Part shown: positions 26,221 to 39,190 of the stretch, piece by piece
How positions within the stretch are numbered: the stretch's first letter is position 1
Layout of the letters: each line of letters starts with the position of its first letter
DNA from: Octopus sinensis
Lineage: Eukaryota
Direction of reading: 5' to 3'
NCBI RefSeq assembly: GCF_006345805.1
Contig: NC_043002.1
Coordinates: 76,012,001-76,076,000, forward strand
Length of the DNA stretch: 64,000 nucleotides
Made by a program: the position numbers and the translations under genes
The notes under the pieces: model-generated
Database searches by the model: none
The model's input: only the letters and a program-made list of their open reading frames with translations
What the model was told of the DNA's origin: nothing

Positions 26221-26769
26221 AATCCTGAGAATGTGATCTGTTACATACAATATATATCATTGCTAATCAATAAAACAATGGAAACACAGCAAACCGATAA
26301 GAAATAGCAATAAAAATTTAGAACAAAACATGGGAAGCAACGTCCCTTCTCACTCACGCGCGTGCACACACACGTGTACAACAAGTCCCAGATTATTCTG
26401 ACAAATCAAAAAAAAAAAAAAAAAAAGCAGGGCATGCTACACTTCTGCAGGCTACCTAGTGCTATAATTAGAGTTGGTCAATAAGAAACGTTCCAGTTTC
26501 GCCGCTCTCACCCACTTTTCCTGAAATTTACTAAACAGTAATTCCCTGTCTTCTTATAAAGCACTTCTTCGGGCTAATGAGAGTTTGACTCGAATGGAAA
26601 ATGTCTGTCATCAATCCGTTCAAAATCGTACACTACACAACTTTCTTCATTATAATGACAGGGCAGAGAAAAACTGCTTGCTCTTCGTTGTCAAAGGAAA
26701 AGTTCAGTTCTATATTTAAGGGATAAGGAATAATGTACACATTATTTAACCACTATGCCATATGCCCAC

Positions 26770-26840
26770 GGGCATATGGCGTAGTGGTTAAGAGAGCGGG
26801 CTGTTAACCCCAAGATTCCGAGTTCGATTCCAGGCAGTGA

Positions 26841-26876
<36 letters not shown>

Positions 26877-27035
26877 TAATAATGATAACAACAACAACAT
26901 CGAAAAATACCTTAGGAATGAGAATCCAGGTTCGAAATTTCCCCAAGACACCTGATGAAGGCTGGAAGGTATACTAGCCGAAACGTTGTGTTAACAACAA
27001 ACAAGATGAGGACAAATATCCATCAAATGTAAATA
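26770..27035 (+). mobile_element. tRNA-Asn-headed, SINE-like element carrying a hammerhead ribozyme
   Basis: A-box TGGCGTAGTGG (26778-26788), tRNA-Asn-like anticodon arm GGCTGTTAACC, B-box GAGTTCGATTCC (26820-26831), then (AAT)n/(AAC)n and the hammerhead at 26948-26991. A 22-bp inverted copy of its 5' end lies at 26746-26767. Confidence 0.75.
26948..26991 (+). ncRNA. Minimal type I hammerhead ribozyme motif (family H2), core intact
   Basis: ACAC CTGATGA A GGCTGG-AAGGTATA-CTAGCC GAAA CGTT GTGT. This gives a 4-bp stem I, a 6-bp stem II (one G-U), palindromic AACGTT as stem III and a GUU triplet. Confidence 0.8.
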
Positions 27036-27062
27036 AAGGAAAAGTTATTATTATTATTATTA

Positions 27063-27128
<66 letters not shown>

Positions 27129-27132
<4 letters not shown>

Positions 27133-27649
27133 TAGTTTTATTTTTATAGCGTGCTTTCACTTCACTACCGAGCGCAGCTCTGTGTGCCTTGGGTATGTGC
27201 TGTGATTTGTTGTGATGCTCTGATGGTTATTGTATGGAAAGTGTTCTGCGTAGGATGTGTGCAGTGCCTAGTAGTGCAATTTTCTGTATGTTATATGTGT
27301 TTGTAAGTCCTGGTGTTTTTGTTATGTATTTATCTGAATATTTTTTTATCATGCCTAATGCACCTACTATGATAGGAATTGTTCTGTTTTCAGATTCCAC
27401 ATTCTAGTTACCTCTATTTCCAGGTCTTTGTATTTTGAGAGTTTCTCCATTTCTGTTAGAGACACGTTGTCATCTGCCGGTATTGATACATCAATTAGAA
27501 AGCATTTTTTTTTCTTCATGATCTCTGACAACTATATCTGGTCTGTTGGCCTTAATTTCTCTATCTGTGTGTATCGGCATATCCCAGAGTATGGTTGCTT
27601 TCTCGTTTTCTGTGACCTTTTCTGGTGTGTGTCTATACCATCTATTTTC

Positions 27650-27651
<2 letters not shown>
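27129..27651 (-). mobile_element. 5'-truncated R4/Dong-like LINE (RLE C-terminus + 3' UTR, family Dong-C) flanked by (TAA)n
   Basis: Minus-strand peptide [40 protein letters not shown], followed after a frameshift by [12 protein letters not shown]. Its 3' end matches 50343-50404. (ATT)n lies on both sides. Confidence 0.85.
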
Positions 27652-27708
<57 letters not shown>

Positions 27709-27726
27709 TATTATTATTATCATTAT

Positions 27727-27793
27727 TATATGTTTGACTTTTGCTTTGTATTTGTGCAAGTTGGCTCCAAGTCTCATCCAGACACTTCAAGAG
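27727..27793 (-). mobile_element. Short 3'-UTR fragment of family Dong-A
   Basis: The minus strand GAGACTTGGAGCCAACTTGCACAAATACAAAGCAAAAGTCAAACATA matches 49102-49149 and is followed by (TAA)n. Confidence 0.8.
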
Positions 27794-28574
27794 ACATTTC
27801 TAGATGAAACTGATGGATGGCAGAAATCGTATCGTATTTATTCTTCCCAAGTCTTCGTGTTCTGAGCTCTAAGCCCGCTAAGGTCAAACTTGCCTTTCAA
27901 TCATCCAAAGGTGACAATTCCAGTTAAATACCGAAATCCATGTAATCGACTAAATCTTACATACCCAGAATGTACTCTTGGGTTTAAATAAAAAAACACA
28001 GTTATCTATATATTAATACGCTAAAGCCGAATGCGTTACGTTGCCACGTGGTTAGTTCAAGGAAGAGGCGAAAAAGAATGAGGGAGAGAAGAGTGATAGC
28101 GCTGAGAACCCAGAGAAATGTATTACTATTTCATTTTGTGGTTAGTTACTTTAAGGAAGAGGTACAAAGTGCAAAGAGAGAGATACAAACATACTAAATG
28201 CTTGGATATGTGGAATAGTTGAAGCGAGAGACAAAGAGAGAGAGACAGAGGGGGGGGGTAGCGAAAGAGGAAGTGAGTGAAAGGCTGTTGGCTGAAAGTG
28301 AGTGAGGGACTATTGGCTGAAGTGTGTGCATGGCACAAAACATGTGTTGTACCATACACACACTCACAGGTTAAGATCAAGTTTTCCAAGCTCCCAAATT
28401 ATATGTCCCTGTTTTGAAGACCCCAATGAAAACCCGAGAGTGGAAAGCAGTTACATAATTCTAAATATCGTATAGCAGAACATCATGACAGAAAATAAAA
28501 ATAAATTTTGGTCCATATTACAGGTTTAAATGTTCAGTCGTTTTTGCATGTTCAATCCGTTAGTTTGTTTGTTT

Positions 28575-28870
28575 ATTCCTTCTCGAGCCATGCCTGGCTC
28601 ATAAGGGCCGGTTTCCCGGTTTCTTGGCGTATAGATTCCCCACCTGGACGGGATGCCAGTCCGTCGCAGATGAGCTGCAAGGTGCAGGAGGAAAGAGTGA
28701 GAGAAAGTTGTGCGAAAGAGTCAGCAGAAGTTCGCCATTACCTTCTGCCGGAGCTGCGTGGAGCTTATGTGTTTTCGTTCATAAACACACACATCGCCCG
28801 GTCTGAGATTCGAACCCGCGATCCCTCGACCGCGAGTCCACTGCTCTAACCACTAGGTTATGTGCCTCCA
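28575..28870 (-). mobile_element. SINE family B
   Basis: Homologous to 44801-45105 (tRNA head, AAGCTCCACG body, CGTCCCGTCCAG...CCGGGAAACCGG tail). Confidence 0.8.
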
Positions 28871-28879
28871 CTTGCGCCC

Positions 28880-29120
28880 TTTTAAAGCCTTGCCAGACTC
28901 ATGGGCTCGGTTTCCCGGTTTCTATGGCGTATATGTTCCCCAGCTGGACGGGACGCCAGTCCATCACACCGTTACTCATTTTTGCCAGCTGAGTGGACTG
29001 GAGCAACGTGAAATGAAGTGTTTTGCTCAAGAACACAACGCGTCGCCCGGTTCAGGAATTGAAACCACAATTTGACGATCATAGTGCTGACACCCAAACC
29101 ACTAAGCCACGCGCCTCCAC
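28880..29120 (-). mobile_element. Hybrid SINE (family C body + family B tail)
   Basis: The body GGAGCAACGTGAAATGAAGTGTTTTGCTCAAGAAC (as in family C) is joined to tail GGGCTCGGTTTCCCGGTTTCTATGGCGT (as in family B). A diverged second copy lies at ~33455-33650. Confidence 0.7.
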
Positions 29121-29423
29121 AACCCGTTAGTGTATCTATGTATGTGGACAGAGAGATTTATTAACGGATAGATGGAAAAACGGATGGCTACATGTATTAA
29201 CGCATATTTAAATCAAAGAGAAAATAACCTTAGCAAGCTGCTGTATGGGTTACTTTTACCTTTTATACTTAGCAGCCCAAAGGCTGAGGCCATGCTGGGG
29301 CACTGCAATTATTTAGTTTTCTTTTCTTTTCTTTTTTAAAATTATTTGGTTTAAATACTTATTCCTATTGTTAAACAGATACATACATCGACAGAAATTT
29401 GAGTAGAATATCATAGATAGAAT

Positions 29424-29508
<85 letters not shown>

Positions 29509-29867
29509 TCGGTAGGTAGGTAGGTAGGTAGGTAGGTAGGAAGGTAGGTAAGTAGGTAGGAAGTTATGTTGGTGGGAATGGCTAGAGGTTTTATTGTAGG
29601 TCGAAGGGGCTATGTTAATGATGGTTTGTCATAGATTGTGTTCATCAGGATTGTTTTGTGCAAGGATTTTAATCCATGAGAAGGTTACCAGTCCAAGATT
29701 GTTTTTGTATTGAAGAATAATTAATTATAATCCTATGGTGCATTTACTATTATTGTTACTGCGTATTTGTAATATAGTGAGGGAGGTTATTGATTGATTG
29801 ATTGATTGATTGTACCATTAATACTGCCCACCTGGATTTTTACATCTCAAAAATCAAATGTTATTAG

Positions 29868-30010
29868 TAGCTTGCTTACAAACTATGTGGCTCCGGGATC
29901 AGTCCCACTGCGTGGCACCTTGGGCAAGTGCTTTTACTCCAGCCTTAAGCAGACCAAAGCATTGTAAGTGGATTTGGTAGACGGAAACTGAAAGAAGCCC
30001 GTCATATATA

Positions 30011-30083
<73 letters not shown>

Positions 30084-30208
30084 GACAACTCCACTAGAGT
30101 AGACGAAACCGCTAATATATGATATATGATTTATAAAAACATGTAACATACTAATAAATATCTGTACATATAAAACCATCCATATTTCTGAGTACTTCAT
30201 TTCTTCTA

Positions 30209-30293
<85 letters not shown>

Positions 30294-30490
30294 GTGTGTC
30301 TGTGTTTGTCTCCCAACATCGCTTGACAACCGATGCTGGTGTGTTTACGTCCCCGTAACTTAACGGTTCGGCAAAAGAGACCGATAGAATAAATACTAGG
30401 TTTCCAAAGAATAAGTCCCGGGGTCGGTTTGCTCGACTAAAAGGCGGTGCTTCAGCACGGCCGCAATCAAATAAATGAAACGAGTATAAA
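29868..30490 (+). mobile_element. SINE family E (CORE-like ACCTTGGGCAAGTG, internal microsatellite, bipartite)
   Basis: Homologous to 57578-57945. Partial copies lie at ~20985-21060 (-), ~40478-40525 (-), ~45165-45230 (+) and ~52160-52275 (+). Confidence 0.8.
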
Positions 30491-33400
30491 AAAATGAGAA
30501 ATATATACAATTTCATACAATTTTCAAAGGATCATGGCATTTCCGCCGGTAATGCTAGTTGTTATTAATAATAAGAACCAAACTATATATGTTAAAGATA
30601 ATACATATATATATATAACAATAATACATATTCTCTTCTCTCGAGAAAAGTGAATAAGTATTTATAAACAAACTTGCACCCCGCCACATTTGCTCACATT
30701 TGCACACTGATACGCCAACAACCTCCAACACAGACATGATCAAGTGCTTCAAAGAAACTGAGAGGCGTGAGCGAGAGAGCTGGGGGTCGATTGCTAGTTT
30801 TCAATATGTCTTCTCTAAATCATAACAAGCTGTTTTATCATCAATTATCGCGTACGTTCTCTCTCGTCAGTTCAACAAATTACACGTTTATTCTTCTTAC
30901 CAGTCCATTTTTAGAAATGATAATAACAATAACAACATCAACAACAATAATGATAATAATTCCTCTCTCCCAATCTTTATCTACCAACTTCATTCCCTTT
31001 CTCTCTCTGTCTCTCTCCTACACACACAAACCTCACATAAACGCAAACACACACAGAGTTATCTTTTCTTCTCTCTCCCTCTGTCTTTCTTTCTGTAATT
31101 CATCTTTTCAATATTTGTGCATATTTTTTTTCTTGCAAATAATTTTGTATGCATTTTGTTTTGTTATTTTTGCCTCATATTATATTTACTTTTCTTTTTA
31201 TCGCCTCTCTCATATTTTTTTTAAGAGAATTTCATTTATTGTATAATTTCTTCTTTTTTTTCCATCTCAAATTCATAATCTTGGAGAATTGCAGTAAAAG
31301 ACGCAAATAAGGAATAATAAAAAAAATACTAAAAATATCAGAAAAAAAAAGGAAATAAAAATTCTATTCAAGAACTATTTATTGGCATATTTCACATTTC
31401 CTCTTCAGAGTGTGTGTGTAAATTTCGTTTTTGTTTCTACTGTTTAATAATTTTCTTTAGTTTTTTTTTATCCCTCCCCAAATTTCTGTAAATGTTTGAC
31501 GTCAGTCTTTTCTTACTTTCTCTTATTTTCTCTTACTCTCCCATTTGCTTCTGTCTCTCTCTTTTTAACAACGTGTCTCTCTGCCTTGCTAAATGTCTGT
31601 CTGTCTCTTTCTCTCTTTGTTTTCATCTCTCACTCTCACTTCACTTTTTCTTCCTTCTCACTTTCTACTTTCGCTTTCACTTCTAACCACTTTCTACCTC
31701 TGTCTATCTTTTTCTTATCAATCATATAAATTTCGACTCTTTACTTTCATTTGCTTTCATTCTTCATTTATTTACATTTTCTTTTCAATATTCCTCTCAA
31801 ATTTCCTTTTTATATTATCTTTCTTATATTTGTTTTATGTATATACATATGTGTTATATATACATATGTATTTATGTATATGTTCATATTTTCAGTTTTT
31901 TAATAATTTTGACACCTCTCCCCATCGTCTTCAAGGCCATATGACTCTCCTTCCTTTTGTTTTCCTTTCCAATATCATTTATCATCACCTTTTCCCTTTT
32001 TTCCAACAACTCCCTCTACCTCCTTCCCTCCCCCTCTCTCTCCCCCTTCCTCGTTCTCTCATATAGCCGCATTTTGTCTTTCTCACACTTACACAAATAT
32101 ATACCCAGTCTTTTGCTCTCTATTTTACTCATATACTCTTTACGTTTCTCTTTGTTTTTAGTCCTTTATTTTCATCATTACCGTTCCCATTATTCTTCTT
32201 TATTTTTCTAGTCTCCATTTTCATGATTTAACTTGTTTCTAATTTTTTATTTTTCTTTCATTATAACCTAATTGAAATTATCATAAACAAAAAATAACGG
32301 AGTGAACTGGGGTAAAAAACAAATGCTGAAAAAATTTTAAAAACAACTCTACAGAAATGAAACCAAATCAAGACACACAAAAACATTAACATCAATCTTT
32401 TATCAAACTACTTTGAACTGGCTAAGAATATACCGATCAAAACCTCATGTAAATATAAACAAATAAATGAAGTTAATATTCCAATCAATCTTCAAGACGC
32501 TTGTCTAGTTTTTTTTATTTAATATGATTGTAATTGTTATAGATATTTTTTATTGACTATTTTTGCTATAACAGCTAATACTACCCTATTAATATTAATC
32601 TCATTGAATTCCTATGTTTATCAACAGTAGGTTTACATAAGTCGTTTAGCTGGAAACTTTAAATGTAAGATTCCTATCTGAATGCAACCTATGTAATTAC
32701 GGTCTCTTTTTATTATCACCTTGTTTATACAATGAATTCTTCCGTTATTTTCCTATATTATGGCCATATGTTTTTTTGTCTAATTTTGTTATAATCCTAT
32801 GTTCCTACTGAATGTTGTTCTTCACTTATTTTCTTGTCCAACGCTGTTATATAATTTCAGCTCAGTATCAAAATGTAAACTCTATATTCTTAAAGTATCA
32901 GACACCATGGACACTTCGTTGAAGTCTGTCTAATGACAGATTATTCTCGCTATATCCTTAATTCAATTGATCACGGTATCTGGGTCTATAAAAATCTGAA
33001 AACCTTCTTAAGATTTAAAGGATGATTAACAAAGCAGGATTAACAAAACGGGATGCTTTCTTTTACAACCTTGCTACCAAGTAGGTGGCTGGATGAACTT
33101 TACTCTAAATTAAAAGGAGTAACAGAATAAACATACATACATTAATATATACATAATACTTACAAACGTACGTACGTACATACATACATGCATATATACA
33201 TACATACATACATGCATACATACATACATACATACAAACATACATACATACATACATACATACATACAGTCATACATACATACATACATACATACATGCA
33301 TATATACATACATACATACATACATGCATACATACATACATACATACATACAAACATACATACATACATACATGCATTCATACATACATACATACATACA

Positions 33401-33431
<31 letters not shown>

Positions 33432-33717
33432 CATACGTACTCCTTCCTGAGTCGTATAAATTCATAGGCTCGGTTTCCCGGTTTTTCTGACGTTTATAGT
33501 CCCGGCAACCTGGAAGTGACGCCGGTCTGTTGTAGGAATACTCCCTTTCGTCAGCGGATAGGAGCAACGTGAAATGACGTTTTGCATCACCTAGTCGAAG
33601 AATCGAGACCACAATCTTATAATCATTAGTTCATCAGCTTAACCAATAAGATATGAGCTTTCACTATATATATGTGTGTATGTGCATGTGTGTGTATGTG
33701 TGTGTGCATTTGCATGC

Positions 33718-33750
<33 letters not shown>

Positions 33751-35797
33751 CTAGCAGAGATACCCGGCGTTGCTCGGGATTAAAATGGCATAGTTTGCGT
33801 ATATATTAGTTATGTTGAAACAGGTGAAACGGGAAAGTGCAGCATTGACGACAAACCATTTGTGGAGTAAATAATGGGCTAATTCGACTAAGTGACATGT
33901 CATGCGTCCGTCTGGAGCATTCCAGGCCCTAACTTGTCATGGAAAATTGGGCATGGGGGTATGTGCATGTCTTTGCTGATCTTGAGAAAGTCTCATCTCC
34001 ATTCTGTCTTGAGACCATTTGCTGATGTTGGAAATGTCTCATCTCCCTTCCTTCTGTCTTCAGGTTCCATTTGACATGCTGCAGCATACATTTGCTGATC
34101 TTGGGCAGGTCTCATTTCCCTTCTGTATTGAGATTTCATCTGATCTGCAGGACTTTGTTGATCTTGGGAAAATATCATCTCCCTTCTCCCTTGAGGCTCC
34201 GTTTGACGTGCTGCAGCATGCGTTTGCTGTCATTGGGAAGGTCTCATGTCCCTTCTATGTTGAGACTCCATTAATTTTAAGGGTAAATATGTAATTGTAA
34301 ATACCTTTCAAACTTGCAACTGCTGCGATAATTATGAACTGGTAATTGAATGGAAAATGTGTATTTTTATATACCTTGGACCTGCCACCTGATTGATTTT
34401 GTCAAGAGTTTCACCTCCAGCCGTTCGTTATGTCAGTCAACACACATACGCTGACACACCATTCTAATATCATGGTGGTAAACACGGAAAGTTGCCGATG
34501 TGTTATGTTATTCACATTAGGATATAAATTATTCATTTATATATCACAGCAGAATTAAAAGTGAAGAATAAAAGTGTGACAATATTATAAGCTTAGAATG
34601 AAAAGCGAAGAATAATAGTGAAACAATATTAAATGACATTACATTATAGATCTTATTCTTTCACTTTTGACACATAATACCGAACCGGTGCCAATGTTAT
34701 ATTGTTTTAATGCAAATGAAAAAAATTACATGTTGACACTCACGGGATCTGATACTATTACCTTGTAAAATTTTAGTTTGATTAGGTCGAACCGTTTGAG
34801 AAAGCATTGGGAACAGACAGACAAAGAATTATATATATATATAGACACATAAGTCAATTTGTAGACAGAACTTACAAAACCTGTTTGATCGTATAAAGCT
34901 CTAGAAGAATATAGCTTGAGCAAAAAAAAAAAATGAGCCGCTTTAGGATAGCTTTCTCTAACGCATGACCACTCAGTGGCGTAGTTGAAATCTCATTGGT
35001 TGGTAATAAAGGCTTATCGGCTGCATGTATCCCATAGCAGTCATACATACGCATACAGACCGGCCGCACAGCATTTCCGATGGTGGGAGCTATGTAAATA
35101 GTGTATTTAAATAGACGGAGTGCAAAAAATTCAAAATAAGTAAAGTAATGTTGTAGGGAGAACGTAAAAATTCCGTGAAGACAAAGATATTTACGCACGG
35201 CAAATTTGAAATAGAATGAAAGCAATTTTTAGGCAGATGTGGCAAAACTGAATTTAAACAGACAGGGTGAACAAAAATTAAAAATAGCTAAATTATTTTT
35301 CAGAGAAAACGTACAAAATCGGTATCAACAGAGATTTTTACGTACGATTAATTGAAATACGCAGCAAGCAATTTGTAGACAGGAGTTAGTAAGTATGTGA
35401 GTGAGTTGAAGAGAGAGAGAGAAAAAGACAGAGACAGATAGTGTGTGTGAGTGAGTGAGTGAGTGAGTAAGTGAAAGAAACGGACATAGACTAACAGAGA
35501 AGAACTATTACAGATGGTGTGAGAGAATATGTGTAAGAAAGGGAACCAGAATGAGAAAAAGAGAGAAATAGAGAGAGAAGTGAGAAAAAGGAGAGAATCA
35601 GTTAAAAACTGCAGGGATTTTTAGAGAAAGACCCTTGTAAAACACCGTTTTCCCCAATTTCTCACTTTACGCGGCACAATGTTATAGTGCATGACCATCT
35701 TTGGCACATAAGAATGTGTGTGTAAAGTTTGGTGAAACTCGACTGAAAACTGTAGAAATGCTACGTACTACACACACAGAGGCACACATATAGACAT

Positions 35798-35864
<67 letters not shown>

Positions 35865-35868
35865 TTAT

Positions 35869-35873
<5 letters not shown>
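33751..35873 (-). mobile_element. ~2.1-kb non-autonomous Helitron with relic 23-aa-repeat (STPR-like) coding segment
   Basis: The minus-strand 3' end is CCCGAGCAACGCCGGG-TATCTCTGCTAG|T (33751-33778). The probable 5' end is A|TCTATATAAT at 35873. 33990-34270 encodes imperfect repeats of the type MESQ.RREMR.SQDQQ..AAA.Q. Confidence 0.7.
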
Positions 35874-35925
<52 letters not shown>

Positions 35926-36029
35926 GTATATATATATATATATATTATATTTAGTATGTGTATATATATGTATACACGTTATATATACATGTATTTATAT
36001 ACTGTAGTCACATATATCTATTTACACAC

Positions 36030-36069
<40 letters not shown>

Positions 36070-36101
36070 ACATATTTATATATATATACATATATTATAT
36101 A

Positions 36102-36150
<49 letters not shown>

Positions 36151-36152
36151 TA

Positions 36153-36214
<62 letters not shown>

Positions 36215-37024
36215 GTAGGTCCCGGGTTGAGTCGGGGTTAACCACAGTAAATAAGGTACTCAATACATGGCAGAGTAAGATAATTTATTTAGCTTCCTGG
36301 TGATTTCATTTGAATGAAACAGTCCTAGTCCTGTAGAAGCTCCTTCTATAAAATAAAATATATATATATATATATATACATATGTATGTGCATATGTATG
36401 TATGTATGCATGTATGTATGTACGTATGTGTGTGTGAATTAATGTATTTATGCATATGATATATTTAATCCATACTTGTTACTTTGGCAATATACATATT
36501 TTGGCGGACTTCGATTATGGATTAAATATTTTTTATTCACTCTCATATTTTCCTTTGAGTTCTATATTCTAAGTGGCCGGACATAGCTTTTTGATAAAAG
36601 TACATGTAAATTCAAGTCATGACTATAATTTTCCAATCTTTGTACTATATAATCAATTTCAGTTTATCTGAACATTTTATGAATCTTGAAGTCGTTTTAC
36701 ATTTTAAAATAAATTCGATGGTTATTTCGAGATGTTTGTAACACAGAAACTAAAGCAAAATAGAATATTCGCAAGAATGTACACACACAAAAACACACAC
36801 ATATACACAGGCATTTATATATATGCATACACACAGATTTATACGTTACATATGTACCAGTACATATCTATGAATCATCGCCATTTTTACAGCTGAAAAG
36901 CAGCAGCTGCCCACCTGGGAGAATGCTAAACTTTCCTTTATCACAGAATCAGATATGATACATTTTCTCCCGTAAGGTGCTTACATATCCTAGAAGTTGT
37001 TAATATGAGTTAATACACACACAT

Positions 37025-37081
<57 letters not shown>

Positions 37082-37350
37082 CATATATACATACATAGAC
37101 AGACAGATAAACAGACAGAGATAGATAGATAAACAGACAGAGATATATATAGACAGACAGACAGATAGATAGATTGATAGATAGATATATGGCTGGATGG
37201 ATGGATGGATGGATACATAGATAGACAGACAGAAAAAACAGACAGACAGACAGACAGGCAGGCAGGCAGGCAGGCAGGCAGACAGACAGACAGACAGACA
37301 GACAGACAGGCAGACAGACAGACAGGCAGGCAGGCCGACAGACAGACAGG

Positions 37351-37480
<130 letters not shown>

Positions 37481-37794
37481 TGAATAAATATAATATATAT
37501 CCTGCGTGAAGATACACGACTGCTGCTGATGGAATATTATCATATTATTCACGAATATTATCATGACAGGCATTTAACTATGTGTCAACATAATATGGTA
37601 AATTGTTTCCCTGAAGAACTAATGTGGATCTGAATATCTGTATTCATTTGTCGCATGACTACTGCCTGCAGAGAATGCAAGTAGCCACAACAGTGAAACG
37701 AGCGTAGGAAACCGGTGGCGCAAACAGCATCTTGTGTTTCTTATACTTCTTCGTGTATACATATGTGCATATCTCTCTCCTTCTCTTTCCACCA

Positions 37795-37945
37795 AGGGCA
37801 AGCAGAAAAGACTGCGCTACGAAGCTTTTGAACAACTTCAAGCATCCCCTCCAATTGAAAATGCTTTCATTCTTCTCAGATGAGAAAAAATTCTGTCAGG
37901 ATCAGAAGATGGGCACACAGAACAACCGTTGGCTTACCGTGAGTG
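37795..37945 (+). pseudogene. Tc1/mariner-superfamily transposase fragment (first catalytic D region)
   Basis: RKDCATKLLNNFKHPLQLKMLSFFSDEKKFCQDQ...QNNRWL contains the FSDEK.F...QN.R motif. Confidence 0.65.
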
Positions 37946-37951
37946 ATAAAA

Positions 37952-38038
<87 letters not shown>

Positions 38039-39152
38039 TGTGTGTGTGCGTCTGTGTGTGTATATAATAAAAATAAGCAAGAAGGGTATCCAGATGTGAT
38101 GCAGCACGATCGTTTCAAGCAACTGCATTTAATTGAACAATGCAATCATTACATCAATTTAAATGCAGAGCAATCCTCAGCTGCATAAAGACATACAATT
38201 TAATTATATTAAAACAGATGAAAACATTGGTATAATTTTACCTAAAATCTCCAAGAAGGTAAAGAAATAGACAAAGAGCATGCTGCCTTCACTTCATCTT
38301 AGAAGCTGATAAGGTATCAGGAAGAAAGACTTCTTACAGATTTTGCTTGTCACTGTTTTATGGGGTTAGTTTTAATTTATAGACTAGTTTTATCAAATTT
38401 TTGTATATCTAAGGCCGAGAGAGCAAGGCGCAGTGTCTGTTAGGATTGGGGCTGAGGGAGTAGACAGAAATCATAGTGGGTATAGTCATAAAGATTTATT
38501 AGAAGCAACATCATGCGATTTGGTAAAGGAAAACTTAAATCAAGATGTCAGCTGACAATTAAGTGGGCCAGCCACTAGCAGACCATTGATAAGGAAACAA
38601 GGGAAATCTTATCATGTAGTACTTTAGTTAAATCTTTTAAATAATATTGCCATATTGTATAAAGTTAAAGTTTAGGGTTATTCAGAAGATTATTAAGAAG
38701 AATATTATAACAAAAGGATTAAAAGTTTTGAACTTTTACTGTAATAGATGGAGGAAGAGAATTTATCTATTTATACATATTTTATACTTAAATACTAATT
38801 TATCAGATGGTATCTGTGAATATTGATCAATTGGTATATACTGGTATTTAATAAAGGAGTACTGAGATAAAAGAATATGCTAACTATATATTAATTAAAT
38901 TATAATCTAAGCAGATATAGATACGTTTATATATGTATATATGTATGTATGCATGTACAATTTATATTGTATAATATTGCCAGAAAGAGTACAGTCTCTG
39001 CATTTGTGGAGAAACTATTTTATTTTCCGAATTAGAAAGGTCAATGGTACACAAAAGCAAATATTTTCGTCTGTATATATATATATGTAATATTATATAT
39101 ATATATATGTATATATATGTATATATATATATATATGTATGTATATATATAT

Positions 39153-39186
<34 letters not shown>

Positions 39187-39190
39187 GTAT

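Noticed and set aside
26770-26843. Functional tRNA-Asn gene
   Set aside because: The anticodon arm and boxes are tRNA-like, but the acceptor stem does not pair (GGGCATA vs ...GTGACC) and it runs into a repeat body. Treated as a SINE head.
30960-32230. Long pyrimidine-rich strand asymmetry as a special element
   Set aside because: Consistent with decayed (CT)n/(CTTT)n microsatellites common throughout the window.
32240-33100. L1/Tx1-like RT relic on the minus strand
   Set aside because: Only vague motif echoes that I cannot align reliably by eye.
34726-34923. THAP-like domain (LSVCSQCF)
   Set aside because: Lacks the C2CH signature and the AVP motif; similarity is too slight.
37665-37715. 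Hammerhead-like CCTGCAGAG...GTGAAACGAGCGTAGG
   Set aside because: Core A6 is replaced (CTGCAGA) and no stem II can be formed. At best a dead relic.
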